Source: Myxococcota bacterium (GTDB lineage Bacteria > Myxococcota_A > Polyangia > Polyangiales > Sandaracinaceae). Taken from it: 62,475 nt of DNA. Position 1 is the stretch's first letter; each line of letters begins with the position of its first letter. The stretch lies in contig JAYZQJ010000183.1 of assembly GCA_036149055.1 (NCBI GenBank), positions 1-62,475 on the forward strand. Reading direction: 5' to 3'. A program made the translations under genes and the position numbers. This document shows, piece by piece, positions 7,982 to 16,746 of the stretch. The notes below the pieces were generated by a model. That model ran no database searches. It had not been told where the DNA came from and saw only the letters and a list, made by a program, of their open reading frames with translations.

Positions 7982-10150
7982 GTGGACCAGGCCTCCGCGC
8001 CGCGGCTGGACCTCACGACGCTGCAGTCCCAGCACGTCGCCACGCTCGGCCGCCGGGTGCGGGAGCTCGGCCAGAGCTGCCGCGACGAGCGACAGCTCGC
8101 CGAGCGCGTGATCAGCTCGCTCTACGACGCCCTCGTCCGCCCCGAGGGAGGGCGCGCGCTGGTGCTGGCGCGCCTCTTCGTCACCGAGCGCTTCGCCGAC
8201 CTCGAGCCTCCGCTCCAGCGGTTCGCGGAGAAGCTCGCGCTCGAGCCCCTGGGCGACGACGCGCCGTGCCTGACCCTGCTCGCGAGCCGGGGCTACGAGG
8301 CGGAGTGGAACGATCCGGCCGCGTCGCACGGCCACCGCGCCGTCCCGCTCGCGGACTCGGCCGCGGCCGGACGGCTCCCGATGCTGGCCGCGCTGTGGAG
8401 GCGGCTCGGGCTCGACCTGGAGCGCTTCGAGATGCTCGCGCCCAGGCTGCCGAGCGCGCCCCGCGTCTCCGGGGTCGTGCACGTCGAGCGCGCCCCCGAC
8501 AGCCCCCTGCTCCCGCAGCAGCGGGGCTTCGTCGTGCCCTACGGCGTGCAGAGCGCGCTCGGCTTCGGCGGGGTGCTGCCCGACGGCCGCGTCTACGTCG
8601 TCGCGCTCTACAGCGGGGTGCCGGTGAGCGAGGGCGTCGCGCGGAGCTTCGAGCTGCTCGGGCTGCACCTCGAGCTCGCCTGGCTGGAGGCCGCGCCGAC
8701 CCGCTTCGGCGACGCCGCGGCGCTCGCCCGCATCCGGAGCGCGGCGCTGCAAGAGCTGCTCGACGTGCAGGAGCAGCACCTCGTCGACTGGGCCAACGCG
8801 CTCGCCGACTCCCGGGACGACGAGCGCCGACGGCGAGAGGAGGCCGCGCGCCAGCGGGAGGCGGAGGCGCTCGAGAAGAACCGCAAGCTGGAGCGCATCC
8901 AGAACGCGATGCTCAACGTCATCGAGGACCTGCGGGAGGCGCGCGAGGGCCTCGAGCGCACGGTCACCGAGCGCACCGACGCGCTGCGGGAGGTCAACGC
9001 CGAGCTGAGCGCGCAGAACACCCACCTGCAGCAGCAGATGTCCGAGCGCGAGGCCATCCTCGCCTCGCTCGGCGTGGGCCTCTACGGCCTCGATCGCGAG
9101 GGGCGGTGCACCTTCATCAACCCGGCCGGGGCCGAGCTCGTCGGGCTGCCGGCGGCGGAGATCCTCGGCCGCGACATGCACGCCCTCGTGCACCACACCC
9201 GCCCGGACGGCACCCCGTTCCCGGTCGAGGAGTGTCCGATCTACGCCGCGTTCCGGAACGGGCAGTCCGTCCGCGTCAGCGACGACCTGATGTTCCGGGT
9301 CGACGGCACGTCGTACCCCGCCGAGTACACCTCCGCGCCCATCCTGACCGACGGCGAGGTGGTCGGCGCGGTGGTCGTCTTCGCCGACATCAGCGTCCGC
9401 AAAGCCTGGGAGGAGCGGCTCCGGCGCAAGCGCCACCTGCTGGAGGTCACGAACCAGGCGCTCGCGGCGAGCAACGAGGAGCTGGAGCAGTTCGCGTACG
9501 TCGCGTCTCACGACCTCCAGGAGCCGCTGCGCACCATCACCGGTCACCTCCAGCTCCTGCAGCGCCGTCACGCCGACGCGCTGCCGCCCGACGCGAACGA
9601 GTTCGTGGACTACGCGATCGACGGCGCCCGGCGCATGAAGGAGCTCATCGAGTCCCTGCTCGACTACTCGCGCATCACGACCCGCGCCAAGAACTTCCGG
9701 CCGGTGAGCCTCGAAGAGGTGCTGCGCGACGTGCGAGAGATGCTGGCCGCCGCCATCGCGACCTCGGGCGCCCGGATCGAGCAGCCCGAGCTGCCGACGG
9801 TCGAGGGCGATCCGATGCAGCTCCGCCAGCTCTTCCAGAACCTGCTCTCGAACGCGATCAAGTTCGCCGGCGACGCGCCGCCCCGGATCACCCTGACGGC
9901 CGAGCGGATCGAGGGGGGCTGGGCGCTCTCGGTCGCCGACCGGGGCGTCGGCTTCGACCCGAAATTCGCCGAGAGCGTCTTCCGGGTCTTCCGGAGGCTG
10001 CAGCGGACCGCGCCGGGGACTGGCATCGGGCTGGCGATCTGTCGGAAGATCGTCGAGCGCCATGGTGGCACCATCCGGGCGGTTTCGGCCCCCGGCGAGG
10101 GCGCTACCTTCCACTTCACTCTCCTCGACGCCCCCCCGCAGGACCCATGA
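7982..10150 (+). CDS. Sensor histidine kinase (GAF-like N-domain, coiled coil, PAS, HisKA, HATPase)
   Basis: PAS (GLYGLDREGRCTFINPAG), H-box FAYVASHDLQEPLR, N-box QNLLSNAIKF, G boxes DRGVG and GTGIGLAIC. Confidence 0.92.
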   Translation: MDQASAPRLDLTTLQSQHVATLGRRVRELGQSCRDERQLAERVISSLYDALVRPEGGRALVLARLFVTERFADLEPPLQRFAEKLALEPLGDDAPCLTLLASRGYEAEWNDPAASHGHRAVPLADSAAAGRLPMLAALWRRLGLDLERFEMLAPRLPSAPRVSGVVHVERAPDSPLLPQQRGFVVPYGVQSALGFGGVLPDGRVYVVALYSGVPVSEGVARSFELLGLHLELAWLEAAPTRFGDAAALARIRSAALQELLDVQEQHLVDWANALADSRDDERRRREEAARQREAEALEKNRKLERIQNAMLNVIEDLREAREGLERTVTERTDALREVNAELSAQNTHLQQQMSEREAILASLGVGLYGLDREGRCTFINPAGAELVGLPAAEILGRDMHALVHHTRPDGTPFPVEECPIYAAFRNGQSVRVSDDLMFRVDGTSYPAEYTSAPILTDGEVVGAVVVFADISVRKAWEERLRRKRHLLEVTNQALAASNEELEQFAYVASHDLQEPLRTITGHLQLLQRRHADALPPDANEFVDYAIDGARRMKELIESLLDYSRITTRAKNFRPVSLEEVLRDVREMLAAAIATSGARIEQPELPTVEGDPMQLRQLFQNLLSNAIKFAGDAPPRITLTAERIEGGWALSVADRGVGFDPKFAESVFRVFRRLQRTAPGTGIGLAICRKIVERHGGTIRAVSAPGEGATFHFTLLDAPPQDP

Positions 10151-10584
10151 CCCGAGCCGTACAGATCCTCCTCGTCGAAGACTCTCCCTCCGACGCCCGC
10201 CTGACCCAGCTCGCCCTCGAGTCGGCCGAGCTCGACTGCCGGGTGGAGATCGCCGAGGACGGCGAGAGCGCGCTGTCGCGCCTGCGGGACCCCGACGCCC
10301 CGCGCCCCGATCTCATCCTGCTCGACCTGAACCTGCCCGGGATCGACGGCCACGAGGTCCTCGGCGAGCTGAAGTCGGACGACGCCCTCTCGCTCATCCC
10401 GGTGTGCGTGCTGACCACCTCCCGGGCGCCCGAGGACGTGGACCTCGCCTACCGCCGCCACACCAACTGCTACATCGCCAAGCCCTTCGACATGGACGAG
10501 TTCGCCGAGGTGATCCGGCAGCTCGAGACCTTCTGGTTCCAGGTCGCGGAGCTGCCCGGCTCGAGGGCCCACGATGCCGCCTGA
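10147..10584 (+). CDS. Single-domain response regulator, Rcp1-like
   Basis: LLVEDS, ILLDLNLPGIDG, LTTS, YIAKP and the Rcp1-type tail FWFQVAELP. ATGA overlap with the kinase. Confidence 0.9.
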   Translation: MTRAVQILLVEDSPSDARLTQLALESAELDCRVEIAEDGESALSRLRDPDAPRPDLILLDLNLPGIDGHEVLGELKSDDALSLIPVCVLTTSRAPEDVDLAYRRHTNCYIAKPFDMDEFAEVIRQLETFWFQVAELPGSRAHDAA

Positions 10585-11656
10585 CGACCGGCCCGCCCTC
10601 CTCCTCGTGGAGGACGACGAGGGCTACGCGCGGCTGCTGCGGGCGATGCTCGCCGCCAACCCGGCCCTGCCCCGGGCCTACCGCGTCGAGCACGTGACCA
10701 CGCTGCGCGCCGGGCTCGACGCCCTGCGAGCGGAGACCTTCGAGGTCGCCCTGCTCGACCTCGGGCTGCCCGACGCCGAGGGGCTCGAGCCGGTCGAGGC
10801 GGTGCACGCGCAGGCGCCGCGCCTGCCGCTCGTGGTGCTCAGCGGCCAGGACGACGTCGACGTGGCGGTGGCCGCGATGCGCCGCGGCGCCCAGGAGTAC
10901 CTGGTGAAGGGCCAGGCCGAGGAGCAGCTGCTCCCGCGCGCGATCCGCTACGCGGTCGAGCGCAAGCGGAGCCAGGACTTCGAGCAGATGCTCGTGGGCG
11001 TGGTGAGCCACGACCTCCGCGGGCCGATGCAGACCATCTCGCTGACCCTCGACCTCTTCGAGGACTACGAGCTCGGGCCCGACGCGAGCGGCTTCCTCTC
11101 TCGCGCGCGCCGCGCGACCCACCGAGCCCGCGGCCTGGTGGACGACCTGCTGGACCTCACCCAGATCCGGCTCAGCGGGCAGCTGGGCGTGGAGCCCGGG
11201 CCGATCGATCTCGCCGAGCTCGTGCGGCAGGTGGTGGACGAGCACCGCGGCGCGCATCCCGCTCGCCGCATCGCGCTCGAGGCCCCGGAGCGCTGCCCCT
11301 GCGAGGGCGACGGGCGGCGGCTCGGCCAGGTGGTCGGCAACCTGCTCGGCAACGCCCTCCAGCACGGTCACGGCGACCACGAGATCAGCGTGCGGCTCGA
11401 CGCCGATCCCGACCGCTGCCGCCTCTCGTTCCACAACCGGGGCGAGCCGATCCCGGAGCCCCTGCGCCACCGCCTCTTCGAGCCGCTCGAGCGCGCGGCG
11501 GCCCGCGGCGGGAGCGCCCAGAAGGGCAGCCTGGGCCTCGGCCTCTTCATCGTGCGCGAGATCATCCGGGCCCACCACGGCCGCATCGACGTCCGCTCGA
11601 GCGCCGAAGAGGGCACCGTCTTCACCGTATCGCTGCCCCGTCACTCCTCCCGCTGA
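10574..11656 (+). CDS. Hybrid receiver-histidine kinase
   Basis: LLVEDD...LLDLGLPD receiver, then VSHDLRGP, NLLGNALQHG, GLGLFIV. Confidence 0.9.
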   Translation: MPPDDRPALLLVEDDEGYARLLRAMLAANPALPRAYRVEHVTTLRAGLDALRAETFEVALLDLGLPDAEGLEPVEAVHAQAPRLPLVVLSGQDDVDVAVAAMRRGAQEYLVKGQAEEQLLPRAIRYAVERKRSQDFEQMLVGVVSHDLRGPMQTISLTLDLFEDYELGPDASGFLSRARRATHRARGLVDDLLDLTQIRLSGQLGVEPGPIDLAELVRQVVDEHRGAHPARRIALEAPERCPCEGDGRRLGQVVGNLLGNALQHGHGDHEISVRLDADPDRCRLSFHNRGEPIPEPLRHRLFEPLERAAARGGSAQKGSLGLGLFIVREIIRAHHGRIDVRSSAEEGTVFTVSLPRHSSR

Positions 11657-11665
11657 TCTTTTCGT

Positions 11666-11691
11666 TCAAGGCCCGACCCCGTTCGCCCGAC
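11666..11691 (+). promoter_or_regulatory. Putative sigma28 (FliA)-type promoter of flagellin 1
   Basis: TCAAG-N16-CCGAC. The same arrangement recurs before flagellin 2 and fliD. Confidence 0.55.
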
Positions 11692-11750
11692 TCCCTCTGC
11701 GAGCACGGCGTCACGGGGCGCCAAGAGACGAAAAATCAAGAAGTTGGCAA

Positions 11751-11788
11751 GGGTCGGGATGACCCGGAACCACACTCAAGGAGGAGTG
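11751..11788 (+). promoter_or_regulatory. Two GGA-loop hairpins (CsrA/RsmA-type sites) in the flagellin 1 leader
   Basis: GGGTC-GGGAT-GACCC and CACTC-AAGGAG-GAGTG, the latter overlapping the RBS. Confidence 0.6.
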
Positions 11789-11790
11789 AC

Positions 11791-12648
11791 ATGGCCATCA
11801 CGATGAACACGAACATTGCGTCCATCAACGCGCAGCGGAACCTCAACAAGACGCAGTCCAGCCTGATGGGCAACTTCGGTCGGCTCTCGACGGGCCTCCG
11901 GATCAACACCGCGGCCGACGACGCGGCCGGCCTCGCCATCAGCGAGAAGCTCAAGAGCCAGATCCGCAGCCTCTCGCAGGCCGAGCGCAACGCCCACGAC
12001 GGCAACAGCCTGCTGCAGGTGGCCGAGGGCGCGATGAACGAGGTCAGCGGCATCCTCACCCGGATGCGCGAGCTGGCGGTGCAGAGCGCCACCGACACCG
12101 TCGGCGGCACCGAGCGCGGCTTCCTCAACCAGGAGGTCGACGCCCTCCAGGCCGAGCTCGACCGCATCGGCGAGGTCACCGAGTTCAACGGCGCCAAGCT
12201 GCTCGACGGCGGCACCACCGGCACCGTCTTCAACTTCCAGGTCGGCATCGGCGCCACCACGAACGACCGCATCAGCGCCACCATCAAGGGCACCAAGGCG
12301 GCCGACCTCGGGGCCATCACCGGCGGCTCCATCAGCTCCATCGCGGGCATCGACATCACCAGCATCACCGGCGCCCAGAACGCCCTCGCGGTCATCGACC
12401 AGGCCATCACCGACGTCTCGAGCCGCCGCGCGGACCTCGGCGCGGTCCAGAACCGGATGGTCGTCACCATCGCCAACCTGGGCACCGCCCGCGAGAACCT
12501 CAGCGCCGCCAACAGCCGGATCCGCGACGTCGACGTCGCCGCCGAGACGGCCGCGATGACCCGGAACAACATCCTGATGCAGGCCGGCACCTCGGTCCTC
12601 GCTCAGGCCAACCAGCAGCCGCAGATCGCGCTCTCGCTGCTCGGCTGA
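11791..12648 (+). CDS. fliC: Flagellin (short, 285 aa)
   Basis: NTNIASINAQRNL, RLSTGLRINTAADDAAGLAISEK, RADLGAVQNR, ANSRIRDVDVA, VLAQANQQPQIALSLLG. Confidence 0.97.
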   Translation: MAITMNTNIASINAQRNLNKTQSSLMGNFGRLSTGLRINTAADDAAGLAISEKLKSQIRSLSQAERNAHDGNSLLQVAEGAMNEVSGILTRMRELAVQSATDTVGGTERGFLNQEVDALQAELDRIGEVTEFNGAKLLDGGTTGTVFNFQVGIGATTNDRISATIKGTKAADLGAITGGSISSIAGIDITSITGAQNALAVIDQAITDVSSRRADLGAVQNRMVVTIANLGTARENLSAANSRIRDVDVAAETAAMTRNNILMQAGTSVLAQANQQPQIALSLLG

Positions 12649-12687
12649 CGCGCGCCCCCCGGCACGGGGCACTTCACGGAGAACGAC

Positions 12688-12721
12688 GGCGGTCCGCTTC
12701 GGCGGGCCGCTTTCGTTCTTT
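12688..12721 (+). terminator. Rho-independent terminator after flagellin 1
   Basis: GGCGGTCCGC-TTCG-GCGGGCCGCT (C-UUCG-G tetraloop) followed by a T-rich tract. Confidence 0.7.
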
Positions 12722-12784
12722 CCGTCCGTCTCACCGGTCTCGTTCTGAGACACCCAAACCTGCGAGATGGCTGAACTTTTTCTC

Positions 12785-12810
12785 TCAAGGACCGCCCCGC
12801 TCCGACCGAT
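12785..12810 (+). promoter_or_regulatory. Putative sigma28-type promoter of flagellin 2
   Basis: TCAAG-N16-CCGAT. Confidence 0.6.
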
Positions 12811-12851
12811 TGCCTGGGTGTCGAAGGGTGGGCTGGCACCTCCCCTCCGAC

Positions 12852-12893
12852 GGCGGGTCTGGAAGACCCGTCTTCTGACAGCTCACGGAGGAG
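12852..12893 (+). promoter_or_regulatory. Two GGA-loop hairpins (CsrA/RsmA-type sites) in the flagellin 2 leader
   Basis: GGCGGGTCT-GGA-AGACCCGTC and CTC-ACGGAG-GAG at the RBS. Confidence 0.6.
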
Positions 12894-12899
12894 AACAAA

Positions 12900-13757
12900 A
12901 TGGCAATCACCGTCAACACGAACGTCGCGTCCATGAACGCGCAGCGGAACCTCGGTCGCACGCAGAAGTCCCTCATGGGGAACCTGGGTCGGCTCAGCAC
13001 CGGTCTCCGCATCAACACCGCCGCCGACGACGCCGCGGGGCTGGCGATCAGCGAGAAGCTGAAGAGCCAGGTCCGCAGCCTCTCCCAGGCGGAGCGGAAC
13101 GCCAACGATGGCGTCTCCCTCCTGCAGACCGCGGAGGGCGCCATGAACGAGGCGAGCGGCATCCTGACCCGGATGCGCGAGCTCGCCGTGCAGTCGGCCA
13201 ACGGCACGCTCGGGGGCACCGAGCGCGGCTTCCTGAACGACGAGGTCTCCGCGCTGTCGAGCGAGCTCGACCGCATCGGGAGCGTCACGGAGTTCAACGG
13301 GACCAAGCTGCTGGAAGGCGGCACCACCGGCACGAGCTTCTCGTTCCAGGTGGGTCTGGGTGCGACCAGCAACGACTCGATCAGCGCGACCATCAAGGGC
13401 GTGAAGGCGGCCGACATCGGCGTCGTCACCGGCGGCTCGGTGAGCTCGCTCGCGGGGATCGACATCAGCACCGCGACCGGCGCGCAGAACGCGCTCGCGG
13501 TCATCGACCAGGCGATCACGGACGTCTCGAGCCGCCGCGCGGACCTCGGGTCGGTGCAGAACCGCCTCAACGTCACGATCAGCAACCTCGGCAGCGCGCG
13601 GGAGAACCTGTCCGCCGCCAACTCGCGAATCCGTGACGTGGACGTCGCCAGCGAGACGGCCGACATGACGAGGAACAACATCCTCATGCAGGCCGGCGTC
13701 TCGGTGCTCGCCCAGGCGAACCAGTCGCCTCAGGTGGCACTCGCCTTGCTGGGCTAA
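12900..13757 (+). CDS. fliC: Flagellin paralog (285 aa)
   Basis: Same N- and C-terminal flagellin motifs; colinear with 11791-12648. Confidence 0.97.
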   Translation: MAITVNTNVASMNAQRNLGRTQKSLMGNLGRLSTGLRINTAADDAAGLAISEKLKSQVRSLSQAERNANDGVSLLQTAEGAMNEASGILTRMRELAVQSANGTLGGTERGFLNDEVSALSSELDRIGSVTEFNGTKLLEGGTTGTSFSFQVGLGATSNDSISATIKGVKAADIGVVTGGSVSSLAGIDISTATGAQNALAVIDQAITDVSSRRADLGSVQNRLNVTISNLGSARENLSAANSRIRDVDVASETADMTRNNILMQAGVSVLAQANQSPQVALALLG

Positions 13758-13771
13758 TCGCCCGAACGAGG

Positions 13772-13812
13772 CCCCCCGTGGAGCGCTCGCTCCGCGGGGG
13801 GTTCTTTTTTTT
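13772..13812 (+). terminator. Rho-independent terminator after flagellin 2
   Basis: CCCCCCGTGGAGC-GCTC-GCTCCGCGGGGGG then TTCTTTTTTTT. Confidence 0.9.
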
Positions 13813-13824
13813 GAAGATTTCCCC

Positions 13825-13849
13825 TCAGGAGACGCCTCGATCGCCCGAT
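13825..13849 (+). promoter_or_regulatory. Putative sigma28-type promoter of the fliD operon
   Basis: TCAGG-N15-CCGAT, the canonical sigma28 spacing. Confidence 0.55.
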
Positions 13850-13903
13850 GAACCGTCAGGAAGCCGACGACGCCGTCGGTGAGCCGACACCGGAAAGCCT
13901 CTC

Positions 13904-15259
13904 ATGCCGTCCATCACCTTCAGCGGATTGTCCACGGGCCTCGACACGGGCGGGATCATCTCCCAGCTCATGCAGCTCGAGCGCGTGCCCGTCACCCGGC
14001 TCCAGGACAAGAAGAAGGCGTACGACTCCCAGGCCAACAAGTTCCGGAGCCTCGAGACCAAGCTGAAGGCGCTGCAGGACGCGGCCGCCAAGCTGGAGGA
14101 TCCCGAGGACGTGCTCACCACGAAGGTCCGCTCCAGCGACGAGGACGTGTTCACCGCGACCTCGAGCGGGGGCGCCGCGGTGGGCCCGACCAGCGTGCAC
14201 GTCACCTCGCTGGCCACGGTCGAGAAGACCTACTCCAACCCCTTCGCCGATCAGACCGCCACCGGCGCGTTCGGCACCGGCACGCTGACCCTCCAGGTCG
14301 GCTCCGGCGACCCGGTCGACATCACCATCGACGCGGACGACACCCTCGAGAGCGTGGTCGGCAAGATCAACGGATCGGGCGCGGACGTCACCGCGGGCCT
14401 GATGTTCGACGGCACCAACTACCGGCTGCGCGTGACCGGCAACGACACCGGCGCGGCCAACGCGATCAGCATCACCGAGACCGGCACGAGCCTCGGCCTC
14501 GACGACCCCGCCAACGAGGTGCAGTCGGCCACCGACGCGATCTTCAGCGTCGACGGCTTCGCGATGACCCGCGGGTCGAACAGCTTCTCGGACGCGGTGC
14601 CCGGGGTGACGATCACCCTCACCGGCGAGTCCCCCGACGCGTCACCGACGACCCTCGCGGTCGAGCGCGACACCGACGCCCTCCGGGAGAAGGCCCAGGG
14701 CTTCGTCGACGCCTACAACGAGGTCGCCAAGGCGATCAACGGGGAGTTCGCCTACACCGGCACCGCCAAGGGCCCGGGCAGCCTCGTGGGCGACTCTGCG
14801 CTCCGCAGCGTGCAGTCCCGGTTGCGCTCCTTCATCGGCTCGACGGTGAGCGGCACGAGCGGCGCCTACACCACCCTGGCCTCGATCGGCATCGAGACGA
14901 ACCAGGACGGCACCCTGAAGCTCGACCAGGCCGACTTCGACGAGGCCATCGCGGCCGACGCCAACGGGGTGAGCACCCTGCTCGCCGGCAACCAGGTCGG
15001 CGGCATCGACGGCTTCGTGAAGGGCTTCGACGCCCTCATCGAGGAGTTCGTCGACAGCGCGGACGGCATCATCCCGAGCCGCATCGACGCGCTCGAGGGC
15101 CGCAACCGCGACATCGACGACCAGATCGATCGGCTCGAGCTCCGCCTCGAGAAGACCGAGGAGCAGCTCGTCTCCCAGTACGCCCGGCTCGAGGAGCTGG
15201 TGAGCGGGCTGACGAACCAGGGGAACCAGATCATCGCCGCGATGAGCGGCCTGGGTTGA
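13904..15259 (+). CDS. fliD: Flagellar filament capping protein
   Basis: ITFSGLSTGLDTGGIISQLM, FVDAYNE, LVGDSALR, LASIGI...DGTLKLD, C-terminal QYARLEEL. Confidence 0.95.
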   Translation: MPSITFSGLSTGLDTGGIISQLMQLERVPVTRLQDKKKAYDSQANKFRSLETKLKALQDAAAKLEDPEDVLTTKVRSSDEDVFTATSSGGAAVGPTSVHVTSLATVEKTYSNPFADQTATGAFGTGTLTLQVGSGDPVDITIDADDTLESVVGKINGSGADVTAGLMFDGTNYRLRVTGNDTGAANAISITETGTSLGLDDPANEVQSATDAIFSVDGFAMTRGSNSFSDAVPGVTITLTGESPDASPTTLAVERDTDALREKAQGFVDAYNEVAKAINGEFAYTGTAKGPGSLVGDSALRSVQSRLRSFIGSTVSGTSGAYTTLASIGIETNQDGTLKLDQADFDEAIAADANGVSTLLAGNQVGGIDGFVKGFDALIEEFVDSADGIIPSRIDALEGRNRDIDDQIDRLELRLEKTEEQLVSQYARLEELVSGLTNQGNQIIAAMSGLG

Positions 15260-15279
15260 GACCGAAACCGGAGTCACAC

Positions 15280-15648
15280 ATGTCGTTCGCTGCACTTCAG
15301 TACCAAACCGCGCGCGTGGAGACGGCGTCTCCCGTCCAGCTGGTCGTCGACCTCTACCGAGGCGCCATCCGCTTCATGCGGCAGGCGGCGGCCTTCCAGG
15401 AGCAGGGCGACGCGGCGAGCCGCGGCCGGGCGCTGGGGCGCGCGCACGCGATCGTCAGCGAGCTCCAGGCCACCCTCGACCACGGCCACGCGCCGGAGCT
15501 CTGCGAGGAGCTCGATCGGCTCTACGACTTCGTGCTCTACCAGATCACCGAGTCCAACGTGCGCGCCGACGCGAGCCTGCTCGACCCCGCCATCGAGGTC
15601 ATGGGCACGCTCGAGGACGCGTGGGCGCAGCTCGCGGGCCGCGGGTGA
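15280..15648 (+). CDS. fliS: Flagellar export chaperone
   Basis: YQTARVETASPVQLVVDLYRGAI, AHAIVSELQATLD, LDRLYDF, LEDAW; follows fliD. Confidence 0.92.
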   Translation: MSFAALQYQTARVETASPVQLVVDLYRGAIRFMRQAAAFQEQGDAASRGRALGRAHAIVSELQATLDHGHAPELCEELDRLYDFVLYQITESNVRADASLLDPAIEVMGTLEDAWAQLAGRG

Positions 15649-15983
15649 AGGTCGCGGCCCTCATCGACGCCCTCGAGGCGGCCGCGGCGCTCCCCGCCGA
15701 GCCGAGCCTCGAGGACGTGGCCGCCTCGATGGCCGCCCGGGCCCCCGTCCTCGACGCGATCACCGGTCTCGATCCGTCGAGCCTCGAGGCGTCCGAGCGC
15801 GCCGCCCTGAAGGAGGCGCTCTCCCGGATCCAGGCGCGCGACGCCGACACCCTCGCCGCCCTCGAGGAGGAGCGCGAGCGGGTCGGCGGCGAGCGCGCCA
15901 AGCTCGCGAACGCCCGCGGCATGGTGCGCGGCTACCGCAACGTCGCGCCCCACGGCCGCGGCGCGGTCCTCCGCACGGCGTGA
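15645..15983 (+). CDS. Small helical protein, probable FliT-like chaperone
   Basis: GTGA overlap with fliS; ~112 aa all-helical; C-terminal GY motif; occupies the usual fliT position. Confidence 0.55.
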   Translation: MKVAALIDALEAAAALPAEPSLEDVAASMAARAPVLDAITGLDPSSLEASERAALKEALSRIQARDADTLAALEEERERVGGERAKLANARGMVRGYRNVAPHGRGAVLRTA

Positions 15984-16023
15984 GGCCATTCCCGGCGCGT
16001 CTTCGCGACGCTAGGCTGGCGCC

Positions 16024-16665
16024 ATGCGCGCCTCGCTTCTCTTCGTCCTCCTGACCGCCTGCGGCACCACCCCCGACGCGCCCGACGCCTCCGAGCCGAT
16101 GGACGCCGCGGCGATCGACGCCGGCGCGACGGTCGACGCGGGGACGAGGGCCGACGCGGGCGCCGAGCCGGACGCGGGCCAGGGCGAAGACGCCGGCGCG
16201 ACGGTCGACGCCGGCGCGCGGGTCGACGGCGGCGCGACGGTCGACGCGGGCACGTCCGAGTGCAGCCCCACGCAGCCGTGCACCGATGGACGGATCTGCA
16301 GCGGCCAGCCGAGCTGCGGGAGCCACTGGATCTGCGTCGACAGCGGCACCGCGTGCACCGACGACGCGGTCCCCTACTGCGGCTGCGACGGGGTCACCTT
16401 TACCGACTCCGGGAACTGCCCGACCCGGCCCTACGCGCACCGCGGCACCTGCGAAGGCGGCGTCGACTGCGATCGGCGCTCCGTGACCTGCCGCGCCCCG
16501 GAGCCGGTCTGCCCGGCCGGCGAGGTGGCCGAGGTCGAGGGGAGCTGCTGGAGCTTCCGCTGCGTCCCGATCGACAGCTGCCGCTGCGCCGGCCCCGAGC
16601 AGTGCCCGATGCCGGACATGTACACCTGCCACATGTTCCGGATGCGCTGCGGTCCCTATCTCTGA
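16024..16665 (+). CDS. Cys-rich lipoprotein with DAG-repeat linker and Kazal-like motif
   Basis: Lipobox LLTAC, repeated [15 protein letters not shown]...C...HRGTC. Confidence 0.7.
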   Translation: MRASLLFVLLTACGTTPDAPDASEPMDAAAIDAGATVDAGTRADAGAEPDAGQGEDAGATVDAGARVDGGATVDAGTSECSPTQPCTDGRICSGQPSCGSHWICVDSGTACTDDAVPYCGCDGVTFTDSGNCPTRPYAHRGTCEGGVDCDRRSVTCRAPEPVCPAGEVAEVEGSCWSFRCVPIDSCRCAGPEQCPMPDMYTCHMFRMRCGPYL

Positions 16666-16746
16666 CGTCTCACTTTTTAGCGGTGTCGCTTCCGTCGTCC
16701 GCGCCTAGGACTCCCCTGACCACCCGGCGGTGGCGGGAAGAGACAG

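Noticed and set aside
11744..11760. TTGGCA (and TGGCAC at about 12834) as sigma54 promoters for the flagellins
   Set aside because: There is no TTGC/-12 element at the required distance.
16100..16255. Tandem GTCGACGC(C/G)GG repeats
   Set aside because: They encode the VDAG/DAG low-complexity linker of a lipoprotein.
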